Assembly (NCBI GenBank): GCA_051362555.1
Contig: CM120649.1
Span: 13,640,001-13,704,000 of the forward strand
Origin: Lingula anatina
Lineage: Eukaryota; Animalia; Brachiopoda
Direction of reading: 5' to 3'
Length of the DNA: 64,000 nucleotides
Positions 1 to 11,618 of this stretch are shown one piece after another (position 1 is the first letter of the stretch; every line of letters starts with the position of its first letter). The notes beneath the pieces are model-generated. The model was not told the origin of the DNA and searched no databases. It worked only from the letters and a program-made list of their open reading frames with translations. The position numbers and the translations under genes were made by a program.

Positions 1-110
1 ATGCACGATGATAAGGTTTCTTTTCTTTGTAGCCCAGCACTTCCTGTTTATCCACTGGTTTCGTGTTAACCTTGGCTTCTTGGTCATCCTTCTTGCCCAA
101 GAGTCTGGTG
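1..110 (-). mobile_element. Tc1/mariner transposase relic (fragment, paralogous to 14552-14660)
   Basis: The minus strand reads ARRMTKKPRLTRNQWINRKCWATKKRNLIIVH, like the Tc1 KKPxLT...R..WA segment. Near-identical sequence at 14552-14660 continues into further Tc1 motifs. Confidence 0.55.
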
Positions 111-282
111 AGAGAAGCCATACATATTTTACTCAGATGCAGATACAGTATTGTTTAAACGGATTTTGGATGAGATGTATGGCAAGAGAAGTTTACATAT
201 ATCGTCACGGCAATGACTGTTTTACCGCAAATTTTGTATTCCCGTTTCAAGCAGCACGTAAGTACCTGCATTTTTAGATAAT

Positions 283-1528
283 AGAGAGATTCGTCAGGAC
301 GTTAAACGTGTACGTGTACGAGTCATGACGTTCACTTTCCCGTACAAGCAGTGACCCACTTTTCGCTTCGGCTCTACGTGAACGTGGGTTCGGTGCAGTC
401 GCAAAACAACAGGGATGACCGTGATTTGTTAGAGTGTGCTATACTAGAAAATGACACAAACTTGATAGATAAGTAAATAAAATGCTAATAATTTTATATG
501 GTTGATATTTTTTATTAACAATTTACAGGTAATTCTCTGTAACAATATTCAGTGATGAAAACTTTAACATTATGTACAAAACTGAAAAAAAAAACTAAGA
601 AATATGGGCCATTTTTGGAACCTTTTGCACAAAACAAAAATAAGAGCATTATTTTATTTTCCGTAGTAACAGTAAAGAATAATATAAGAGTACAGAATGC
701 TATTAATTTTATATGGTTGATGTTTTTTTTTATCTACAATACAGAGTCAATTCTCTTTAACACTATTGAGGAATGAAACTTGTAATATAATATATAATAC
801 TAAAAAAAAAAAGAAAAGAAATATGAGCATATTTTTAGCTCTTGGCTCAAAACAAAAATAAGTAGGCCTATTCATTTATTTTGTGTAGCAGCTTTCAACA
901 ATACAATTACTGAAAGCTATGTAGTTTCTTCGAATAGATTTACAACCAAAACCTCCTGCAGGCAAGGGTGAATCTTATTTTCTTTATTTTTTTTTCTTCT
1001 TCCATTTTTGAGAAAGCACTTAGGACAATAGAAGAGAAAAAATGAAGAGAAAAACTATTTAGTTGGAAAGCTTATTTCATGTTTTTAAACAAGCAAAAAG
1101 AAAAAAATCAACTTGATTTAATCACAGATATTTTCATTGTAGAAAGCAAGTGCTATATTGAGTCTCGGTCATTGCATACAAGAGGAATTTCTAAAGAGAA
1201 TCTGATAACGCAAAGAGCACCTCTGTAAAAAGGCTGTTTTTCCTTAAATTAGCCATGTAACTCAAAATTATTGAGATAAAAATCTATTGAATGGTTAATC
1301 TTGCTATGATAATCAAAATGATATAAAAAAAATAATGATTTTACTACACTTTAAGAGCAGTTAAAAACTCACGTTCTTCACTTACGTGTAAACAGCCTCA
1401 TTCACGTTCAGAACACACGCAAGAAGAGATCGTACGTGAGGCTGTATGTCGAAAGTCGTGACGTAGAAGGCACCTATCTACTTCGTCACACGTACACGTA
1501 CACGTTTAACGTCCTGCCGAATCTCTCT
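283..1528. mobile_element. Non-autonomous TIR DNA transposon (~1.25 kb, 3-bp AAT TSD, PIF/Harbinger-like by inference)
   Basis: ~38-bp TIRs AGAGAGATTCGTCAGGACGTTAAACGTGTACGTGTACG / CGTACACGTACACGTTTAACGTCCTGCCGAATCTCTCT, with AAT on both flanks. The empty site is visible in the paralogous segment at ~14851-14870. Confidence 0.85.
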
Positions 1529-2049
1529 AATGTCAAATTGTACAAACAATGGAGATACACTTAATGCAGTTGACATTGTGTCAATTGCAAACGTACATCA
1601 AAAGCAAACATTTTTTTCCAAAAATCGATCATCACAATGGACGTTGATCCAAACTCAGATACAGAAAAGCAGTTGTGTGTTTTAAGGACAATGCTTTGTG
1701 GAATCCTACTGGGGCATTTAAAAAGCCACTAAATGTCTATTGATGTGCGACAGATCTATGCGGTAGTGAAACACAAAAGTGATGAGTTGAGGCCATATGA
1801 AACTTAAACCGACACTACACGCCCACAATCCCCTCCTTCACTTTTTATTTATTAACGGGAATTTGCTGAAACGATTTCATGATTTCATGCACAGACAAAG
1901 AAATCACCCGGGCCCTGTCGCGTCATTCTAGGCAGTCTAATCGTGCTGCAGATATTACGTCAGTCAGCAATCCGAATGGTGCCGCTAGTGACTTCTTCTT
2001 TTTTCTCTGAGCAATTGGAAGTAAATGTAAAAGTTGGTGCTTCATCAAT

Positions 2050-2090
<41 letters not shown>

Positions 2091-3094
2091 ATAAACGTAT
2101 TGTGATCATACATGTAGGTTTTTAATATGCCACAGGCGTTTTGTGGTCAAGTGATTAAGACTTGTGTCCATATAATAGCTTACACTCTATTTAGCCGATC
2201 CTTTGTTATAAAACTCGTGATAACGTTTCAACAACAAGATAAATGCGTTTTAACGAGGGTCAAGGGCGACCCATGGACTCTGTCCCTTTTGGAGGACTGA
2301 AATATCCCACAATGCAGTTCGTCGTGATGAAATATCGTTGCTACCAGGAGTCGAATCTGATTTGAAGTCAGGACGGGTAATAAAACAGCTAGTCAAGCAC
2401 TCTCAAACTGGATGTCGAGTAAGATAAAGACCCAAAAAGGGAATTGTTTTTTTTAACTTTATAATGGAAAGCAAGAAACGATTGCTTTATATCGTATATC
2501 ACAATATCGGGGAAGAGAGAGGCTTAGACATACAGGTACGTATGGATATAGATAACATCCCAAATACATGAAATGGAACCTTTGACAAATTACAAACCCA
2601 GACAAATTAAAAGATGGATTATTGTAGATCTATTTCACCAATCATCATATCGTGAAAAAAAGAAAAAGCGCGTGTTATATTAATAGCAGTCTTACTTTAT
2701 AAAACAGCGAGTTGTATTCCAAAGACCAGCATCATCATTAAGCACTTCACATGTTACAAACTTTTTTGAAATCGACAAAATGTTGAATGAATAATATTCT
2801 TACTTCCAAAAATACCTAATTGTATTCCAAAGGCCATCATCATAATTAAGCAAAAAGCATACAAATTTCATTAAAATTGACAAAATGTATGCTGGCAACT
2901 TGGATGGCATATTTTTTTGCTCATCAATGCAAATTAGGGAAAAATAGTCGAAAACTGTTGCTACTTCTGTAAAATCGTTTCTCTATCGAGAAATGATATA
3001 CATAGAGACAGGTTAAAAAAAACCAATGGTTAACTTTTATGCAGGTATTTTTTTTTTTATAAAAACAAGCATTTACATTGTGTTCAATGTAAAA

Positions 3095-3194
3095 TATAAA
3101 ACGCATTCGCGATTCCTACCCGTAGTGCTGTCGTTGGGCTCAACTGGCAGATACGTACCATGAAATCCAGAAGTTTTCAAGAAACATTTATGAG
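3095..3194 (+). promoter_or_regulatory. Putative TATA box and non-coding first exon of peptide gene 1
   Basis: TATAAAA at 3095-3101 and donor GAG|GTGAAT at 3194/3195. A similar sequence with TATATAA (11060-11066) and donor TCG|GTGAGT (11137/11138) lies upstream of gene 3. Confidence 0.45.
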
Positions 3195-3435
3195 GTGAAT
3201 TTGGCAGCGCTAGAATTATATATATATACTAACACAACATATTTTAACTCGTTTATGAACCTTGAGCTTCGATACGTCGTTACATTAAAGTTATCGTAAT
3301 GCAATGTAACATCCGTTCGTGTATAAATTCAAGTACTAGAAGATATGACATCTAGTGCATTGTGTAATACCTGTATTCATTCATAGCTTTACTGTGGAGG
3401 TAACACATTGTTTTCCTCTTGTGACATTCAGGAAG

Positions 3436-4264
3436 ATGGTTGATGTTTTTGCTGGTCTTGTAATTGCATCATGTTTCATAGTTTTGGTAATAGACGACAC
3501 TCAGGCGGTGTGTTGCCGCAAAGCTCATGCTGACGGGTTTTGTGCAGATTGTAGCAAGGTAAGTATGCGGTGTAGTTTTGTTGGTGAATATAAACTGGAT
3601 AGCGGATAACCAGGGCAGTTTCAAGTCTATAAGCATGTTATCGAAAAAGAAGCACGGGGCAATGTGCGCCAACTATCAAAGTGCAACAATATTTTAATTT
3701 AATGCGTAATATTTATTACAACATGAAGAAATTTTCAAATGCGTTCATGATCTTTATGACTTCAGACTTGGTGGTACTGTGGTAAAGGGAGCTGCAATAT
3801 ATTTGGCTGTGCATGCCAGGGAGGATGTAAAGAAAGTTGCAACCCAAGTTTTATGTAAGTTATACCATTCTTTACACAGAAATAATGACCCTCCAAATCA
3901 CATTTATAGGACAGGATGTGTAATTAAAAGTGAAATATCAAATCTTAAAATTTATCAAAATAAATTTCAGTTCAGTACTTTATTTCATTACAATGTAAAC
4001 ATACCCATCTTGTAAGCTTCTCGTTGGAAGGTTTCATTCGGACGTTTTTTAACTGTTCATGAAAACCCCCGACACCATTAAAATATGCATCCTCTTTCAC
4101 CGATGCATTTGAGTTGCCAATTAGTGTGCATCTTGATAAAACCTGGTACATGGCTTGTGCCAGATGGCATATTGAGACACGAATATATTTCTAGGAGAGA
4201 AGATCCCGGCTGCATTTGTAAAAATCAAAGAAGGGGCATTCCAGCCAATGTTCCGGCCATTTAG
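3436..4264 (+). CDS. Mytimycin-like / Diedel-like secreted 12-Cys peptide precursor, gene 1 (93 aa; exons 3436-3558, 3766-3854, 4195-4264)
   Basis: GT-AG introns (phase 0, 2) join MVDVFAGLVIASCFIVLVIDDTQA-VCCRKAHADGFCADCSK/TWWYCGKGSCNIFGCACQGGCKESCNPSFM/REDPGCICKNQ-RR-GIPANVPAI*. Signal peptide, 12 Cys and a dibasic site. A further exon from 4741 carries EF-hand remnants, with AATAAA at 4992-4997. Confidence 0.85.
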
Positions 4265-6977
4265 GGTGTTGATACAAACAGGTGGGTATTTATCATAATG
4301 TCATGCCGAGAAGATATCTCAACTATGAGGAAAGATTTGATGTACCAAGCATATGATTATAGTGATCTAAAAAAAAACATCATGAGTCAAAAAGTACAAG
4401 GAATACTAGATAAAGCAAGGCAATTGGAACTGTGCATAGTTTAAGTGATACACAGGTCCAGCAGTGGAAGATATTAGAAAGTGTTCATGCCATCTGTGGC
4501 GATATGCACCAGTTGGACTTTGATATATGTATAGGGAAATATACGCCCCCTATTATATTGTCTTGTTGAACAGATGTAAACGTTTACATTGCTACTGCAT
4601 TCATCCGGTGTTTGCAATAATTTTCATAATTTTGTTGATATTTATATCAAATCCATTGAATGGTGAGATGACATTTGACCAATTGTATATTGTCAATTAA
4701 TAGATTCTGCATGTCATACAAAATATCTTGTTTCTTTCAGCAATGGATCCAAAACCAAACAGATGTTCGCAGAAGCCACGGAATAATATATATCCATGTA
4801 ATCATTGTATGTCAATGATATACTCAGAGATGACACGATTGACGCTGATGAATCTAATTCTGATATCTGAAAATCATGTATTAGAAATGCAAGATAGGTC
4901 TATTCTCTTACACTGTACTCTTCTTTTTTCGTTCCACGGTGTCAGTGCAAAGGTGTTGTGTTTTAAAATATTTGTGAGACATCTGCTGTTCAATAAAAGG
5001 CCTGGTCAAAATTAAACGGTTTGCAAAAATCCTAACTAAATGTCAACTTAGCGTGCACGTATTTTTTTTTTGCCATTTATATGCAGTAAGTAACATGCGT
5101 TTATGCTTAACACTTGATGGATTTACTGGATTCAATTTTAATTTTTCCTCAGTCAGCAGCTTAATACTGAAATAGGTTTTACCTCCAATATATTTTGATG
5201 TCTAGCAGAACGTTTTCATACTTGGGAATAAGGCTTTTCAGGTAAATAGCCTCTATTCAGGAGATGAACCCCCCCCCCTCCCCCACACACACACACTAAA
5301 ACTCACAACTATTGTCTTAGAAAAGGGATGAAGAGGTCAGTAGTTAATAGCACAACTGTTAAACCTCATGTCAACAAAATCCACATCATCAATGTGAAAT
5401 CTTATCACTCAATTGATTTTTTGAAAGATATTTCGACAGATTTTTAACAGATTTAAAAATATTAATTGGCAATAGAAATCAATTATTTACATGTTAATTG
5501 CAATAACACAAGAGTCAAATATAGTTAAATTATAGCCTAGCTTTGTCACTAAGTCATAAAAGATATGCAGTAACAACAAAGCCCATTTTGTAACAAAATG
5601 CTTGTGATACCATTTGTGAAGAGATGACTGCTCGAACTTTGGCAACAAAGCTTTAAAGGGCACCAGGGATTTCTTGAACACTTAAATTTTGATTAACACC
5701 AGTGGTACAAACGGTGGCATGTCTCCGATAGCAAATGTACATGTTTGAATTTCAATTTTGGATAAATCAGCACGCAACTACCTGCATTTTAAATAAAATT
5801 AATTAATTATTAAAATAGGTAAAATTAAACGGAGTAAAAAAAAGGCGTTGCGTGACAGAATAAAAAGCAAATTATTTATTCCTAAATCAACCTTGTCATG
5901 ACACGCGTCATCGTCATTAATCTATATACTAATTGTTATGAACATATATCAGCAATATAGTGACAGTTGTGTTGTGAATGAACTAACCATTCACAACTAC
6001 TAAGGTTATCCGGGGTATAGTATGCAAAGCCGACGGACATATTCTTTAGGACAACACAAGTTATTCTGTTATTCATAAGTAGACATCTGTTATTTTCAAC
6101 ATAATAATTTCCATATTTATTGTTCGAACTGAAGTCACTCAGAATAGTAAAAAATCCTTCCATGTTTAACCAGAGACTAACACTCAAAATTGGCTTGTCG
6201 TGTACATAACAGGTAGGCCTACACGTGTATTGCGTTAACTTTAAACGTGTTAAGAGCAACCCGTTATCGTTTTTTCACTTAGTAAGTCAAACACTAAAAG
6301 GCGTGCATACTGTGCATCACAGAAGATTAATTTTTTTTTCAATCTTATAGCGGCGTCGATGCAGGTGGTCTATGTGTTTAGTCAGGCGACAACTTGTAAG
6401 ATTAAAAGGTATACATAAATGGACATGCATGACTCTGTGGAATGGGTTTAAAATATGGAATTAGTTTTCGATAAGCTTTCTTCGTTACTATGTTTGGCAA
6501 ATAAAATCAAGTCTTATTTAATTAGCAATGTACATTTCATTGCATTATACAATGCCTTATTGACTTAACGTGCACCTTATTGTCGTTATGTTAAAGCGAT
6601 ACATCTTTTTTGGGAGAAGCGTTCATACCATCATCTGTTTCTTCTTTGATGTTGTCAAAATATGATGGTAGATCCATATAGTTATATACAGTATGATACA
6701 ATATCCATTCATTGGGCATCCAGAACAGTTCACCGTTGCATTCAGCTGGATTAGCCTTTTTAACTCAGCAAAATACAAGTTTCAAGATATCATGGTGAGA
6801 CAACTCTATCAAAACTAACAGAAAACTTAAACCAAAGAAGTCCTAATGTAAAGGTACAATGGATTTCACAACGTATATATTTATGTTACTAACAATCTTG
6901 ATGAATAGCACACGGTGTGGAGTTGGTTGAGCTGATTTCATTCTACGTTTTATTTTATTTTTTCAAAGGCGAATAAA

Positions 6978-8137
6978 ATAAATGTCGTGTTTGCAATCTT
7001 TGTTGCTATAGTCTACTTAGTTACGTTGTTAATAGAAGACGCCGAGGCAGTATGATCCCGGAGGAAATATGGTTTTTGTCAGGACTGCAGCAAGGTAATA
7101 TTTATTTGCAACCTGTCCGTAACCTTAAGCAATTCTTTAATATTTTTTATTAAAGGCTGTTTAATTTTGCAGTGAATATAAATTGTTAAAATAAATGAAA
7201 AAAAGGACGGAAATACCCAAAGTTTCCTTTTACTTCAGAGTTGACTTTACTGTGGAAAAGGGGGTTGCATCATCTTTGGCTGTGCATGCGAGGGTGGGTG
7301 CAAGGAGAGCTATAACCCGACTTTTCCGTGAGTTTCATCAGCTCCTTTCACAATGGTGATGATTATTACAGTAATTAAGCTATGTTGAATAAGATATTAT
7401 ACGAACAAAGATAACGTTATCAAATCTAAACTGAATTTTTCATAACAACACACTTTATTATTTATCTGTGATTTTGTTTGGTTCTAAAGCGCCATTCTCA
7501 TTATGTTTACTGTGTTTGTGTATATCTACCTGTATTTCCGCCAAATACTTTAGATGCTGAGATGCATTTATTTACAGATTTCGTCATGGCGGCTGCATCT
7601 GTAATAATAGAAGGGATCTGAAAGACCATGATTCTGGAACTGTCGCTTAAGACATTAGACGGATGGCTACGGACAGGTGAGGTATTTGCTACGATGCAGA
7701 ATTTATCATCATCTACCTACGTCCAGTTTTGCATGAGTGTCTCATAGAAACGTTATGTAGTAATACGGCCCCGATGATAAGCAGATGAATTGTTTAAAAT
7801 TTAAGTCATATATATACACCCTTAGCCCCTCCGTTCCATGCAATTTGTATTTACATACCGAAAACTACATGTATACCAACGCCATGTCCATTGGGCTCGT
7901 ATTAGTGGTCGTATAATTAGGTATACATGTAATCATATTACAGTAGGTTAGTTTTTAATATTGTGTAACATTGAAAGCTGGTGCAATTGACCGCCATGCA
8001 CCACACTTATTGTTTTCATTTCAGTGATGGGTATGAAGATGTTTTCAAAAGCTATTTAGGAACCTTCCACTGATGTCACTGATTAGAATTTAGATGGCGA
8101 TATCAATGCCTTTGAGTTCTATCCTGATATGAAATAG
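6978..8137 (+). pseudogene. Mytimycin-like pseudogene, gene 2 (exons 6978-7094, 7239-7327, 7578-7676, 8025-8137)
   Basis: Same four-exon layout, but ATG>ATA, TGA at the first Cys (7053-7055), second Cys>Ser, TGG>TGA in exon 2, a Cys>Tyr change and frameshifts. The last exon retains D*NLDGDINAFEFYPDMK, an EF-loop pattern. Confidence 0.85.
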
Positions 8138-8658
8138 AAAACATATAATTGGAGAGTATACAATGTTGATTTATTTCCTTTCCTTTTGGTTTTGTTATTT
8201 CTTATTCTTTCTACTTAAAATTATTCTATGGGCTGAATATCGTTCAACAAATAAAGATAGGCCAAAAGGTATCGGTATGTATAGTCTTCACACTTTAGCA
8301 CACTTATTAACAGATTTATGCTAAACATTTAATGAACACTATTTTGGCACGGAAAGCAAAATGCCGTTGCTCAAAACCTTGTTTCAACAGTTTTCAATCC
8401 CATTTTAAAATTTAATGTAAACACTGCAAAAAGGGTGGCTTCTTACAAGATTAAATGCGGCGGTTGAATTGCATGTTATTTAAAGGTACGCGTTATATTT
8501 ATGTCTCACGCGATCACCCGAGGAATTTTGTTTCTGTCAAACTCTGCAGTATGCATGTGTTTCCTTGATCCATGGCCAATTGCTCATATAGGTCTTTGTT
8601 ATTGCTGATCATGAAACGATGGTCAATTAGGTGATGAAATAATTACAATCAACCTCAC

Positions 8659-8766
8659 CCAGCAAAATCCATGAGTAGGGTAGCAACATACTCTTTGCAC
8701 GTCTTCCAGAAAACGTTTACCAAGCAGATTGAAACAAGTAAATTTGCAAATACAGCAGGCAACCAT
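8659..8766 (-). pseudogene. Orphan, frameshifted exon 1 of a mytimycin-like gene (gene 4)
   Basis: The minus strand gives ATGGTTGCC...LEDVQRVCCYPTHGFCW|GTGAGG. The adjoining intron (8430-8650) matches intron 1 of gene 5 (17650-18070). No exon 2 found. Confidence 0.7.
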
Positions 8767-9650
8767 CTTCTACGATGTTAAATTAAGATAACGCATAACA
8801 AGTTATACTCATATCTGAATTCATGAAGGTGGAATGTTACCCAAAACAATTAATGAATATTTAGATTGTTCGTAAAAAAGAAAAAAAAAGAAATGAAGTG
8901 AAGTGAAATGAAATTAAACGAAACAGTTGGTTTGTGAATTCACCATACCTTTTTGTCGACTAAAAGAAGAGATTGAAGATGTATACGCTCTTAATTAAAG
9001 TGTCCCTTGTCACAGAATAAAATAAAGACGAACGCGCTGTTCGAGCTGTTCATACATGTGACTTTTATTCTACTTCTCCTAACTACATACAGATGGCGCT
9101 TTAGGCCAAGACGTAACCAATCGTATATGACATTCCTTAGACCACCATCTCCACTAAGCACTACGCATGATGCAATTTTCTTTAAAAATCGGCAAAATGT
9201 ATGCTGGCAACCTGAATGGCGTATTTTCACTCATCGACGAAAAAATAGGGGTAAAACTGTTGACAAGCTGTTGCTCTTTCGCGAAATGGTAGACATACTG
9301 TAGAGTCAGGTTAAAAAACCCCTAATGCCTCTTGATTTCGCTCGGCGCTACATAAATGATTTTAACAACAACCACTAAAATCAAATATAAGTAGTATACT
9401 GAATAGGTCGAGGATTTTACTGGCCAGTCGCATTTTGCACTTGAAAATGATTGTTTGCCAAGAAATCATAACGCAGATTTGGAGAAAGGTCTTGACATCC
9501 TACAATAGACAAGAATTTCATTTGGGAATGAAATACATGCATATAATTTAAATTCCACATTTGAACCACAACTCGTAATTTTACTATGACCACGGAATCT
9601 TGTTAGGTATACACCCACCGTTCATTCCACTAAAAAATTCTGTTGACCAG

Positions 9651-9910
9651 GGCTTCGTATCTCGAAAGGTTCGCTATGTTGCGCACGTGCGTTAGTGTCT
9701 CGATTCCATAACCGATTCTACATGTATTTCGAGATACGGGGACATGGAATCGAGACACTTGCTCACGTGCGCAACATAGCGAACCTTTGGAGATACGGAG
9801 CACAGGGCCCCGTAACTCGAGCGTCTCGATTCCATAACTCGCCCATTCATACCCCATATAATACATTATAGCCTCTAGGTGATATCGCTATTCGCCATAC
9901 GCGATGCCTT
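9651..9910. mobile_element. Palindromic MITE(s), GGGCCCGTATCTCGAAAG-type
   Basis: 9651-9803 is an imperfect palindrome (CGTATCTCGAAAGGTTCGCTATGTTGCGCACGTG...CACGTGCGCAACATAGCGAACCTTTGGAGATACG). 9804-9910 is related to the reverse complement of 46748-46886. Confidence 0.7.
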
Positions 9911-10744
9911 CTGTGACGATGTAAATTGTGTTAGTTGAGATTTGTTTTATATTGCTACCGATAGGTGTCTTTATAAGTAAAGTATAGTCCGGTGTGCAAG
10001 TTTGAATCTCTCCTGTGATTGGTAAATTAAAGGTAAAACTGTTCATTGTATAATTGGTTCTGATTGGTAAACGTGTACTATCTGAACATGTATATAAGGT
10101 ATGACTTAAATTGGTCTTTTTGGGGTCTCCACTTTTGGCTCTCAGACATTCTTCTTTGGTCCTCTTACGGTTCCTCTCTAGCAATTTAGCACTTACAACA
10201 GTGAGTATAGTGTTCTTTATACCTTCATAAAAGCACTCTGCCACGAAGGCGTAACATTTCGAGTTATGGAACCCAGTATTGCAACAAGCGTCAACGTTGA
10301 CGGCCAACATCAAAACATATACAAGCAGTTTGCTTAAAATAGCTTTACTGTAATAGCTCACAAATACATGTGCGTGGCGTATAAAGTGAAAATGCAGATC
10401 TGCATGGGGGTGTGTTGCATGTGTCACTATGCATGTATATAAATGTTTATCTGGCCAGTTATGTGCACATTTCTGTATTGAAACCATTATGTAAACAGCC
10501 AGTGTCATATCCCAGTTGTTTCTTGTAGAGGGTAGGACGGATGAGTCTCTCAAACCAGTAATTGAGCTCCTAGGACCATTCAGATATGTTTAAAAGGTCC
10601 CATCTAGGTTAAGACTTATTTTTGACTGAACCATTTAAATGGCAGAAAAAACGGGTAAGACTTATATCTAACATAAGTAAAATACTTTTATTGGAAACTT
10701 CATGAATTGGCCAAAGTATACCCTATCCAAAACAGCTGAGAAAG

Positions 10745-10885
10745 GAGGAACAAGCATCATTTTGGTTGCAGAATGAATGCTCAATGATCGACCAGTTGTC
10801 GGCACGTAAAGTATTATTTCTTAAACTCTCAAACGGGGAAGTGTCACGGGACGCAGAAAGGACGCCGTCCAGTGTAAAGGGGACT
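10745..10885. mobile_element. Truncated right half of the CCCCCTTTACACTGG MITE
   Basis: Matches 22200-22339, including the end GGACGCAGAAAG...CCAGTGTAAAGGGG. Confidence 0.7.
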
Positions 10886-11618
10886 TAAAATGACATCTAA
10901 GAGTGATCACTTTGATGGTCACGAATGCCACGTGTACACCCATTGGGTTTGCTTGGTTTTTGATATATTGATTAATTTAAATTTTTTTTGATAAGCAAAT
11001 TATCCAGTGCATTAATCATACATTCACTATCCAAATATGCAGGTATTCGCATACTGAGCTATATAATAGTCGGCGTTTATTATCTTTCTGTAGTCCGATT
11101 TGCATCATTTATTCCAGAGGTTTCCAAAAGCATATCGGTGAGTGAGATTTAATAGTATGCTTTTATAAGTATAAAGATGTTATACATTATATGTCGATAT
11201 AACTATAATAAAACACATCTATCCACTCTCTGTCAGTTTCTACGATTGTTTTTATATAATCATTTTAGAGCAATATTTAAGTAATTGATTGTCTGGTACA
11301 ATTAAGATATTACATTTACTTTCATAAGGAATTATTTTTTGGTTTTCGTTTGCCTGTGTGTGTGTCTGTCTGGCTGTAAGCATTATACAAAGCATTATGC
11401 AAAATAATAATAATAAAATAAAAACTAAAAAACGACTCCATTTTTGGAGAGTGGCGGGAGTGGACCAAGTAAGAAATAGATCTTGGTGATGATCCATTGA
11501 TTAACTATTGGTATAATAAAGATAAAATAGCTTGCTTGGTGAAGGTTGTTGCTCTATGGGCGTTTTATATGATTTGCTTACTGTTGTAAATAGATGATCA
11601 TTTGTGATATTCAGGAAT

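Noticed and set aside
1943-2125. ORFs with poly-Phe, poly-Ile, poly-Lys or HT/YI runs (also 14115, 25518, 28119, 36782, 41180, 63802)
   Set aside because: Translations of homopolymers and microsatellites.
7053-7055. In-frame TGA at a conserved Cys position as possible selenocysteine
   Set aside because: The same copy also lost its ATG, two other Cys and a Trp (second TGA) and has frameshifts. Ordinary pseudogenisation explains it.
9888-10553. 221-aa minus-strand ORF as a full protein-coding gene
   Set aside because: It starts at a non-ATG codon, runs into a MITE and shows no recognisable domain. Only the internal signal-peptide/CC segment is kept as a tentative finding.
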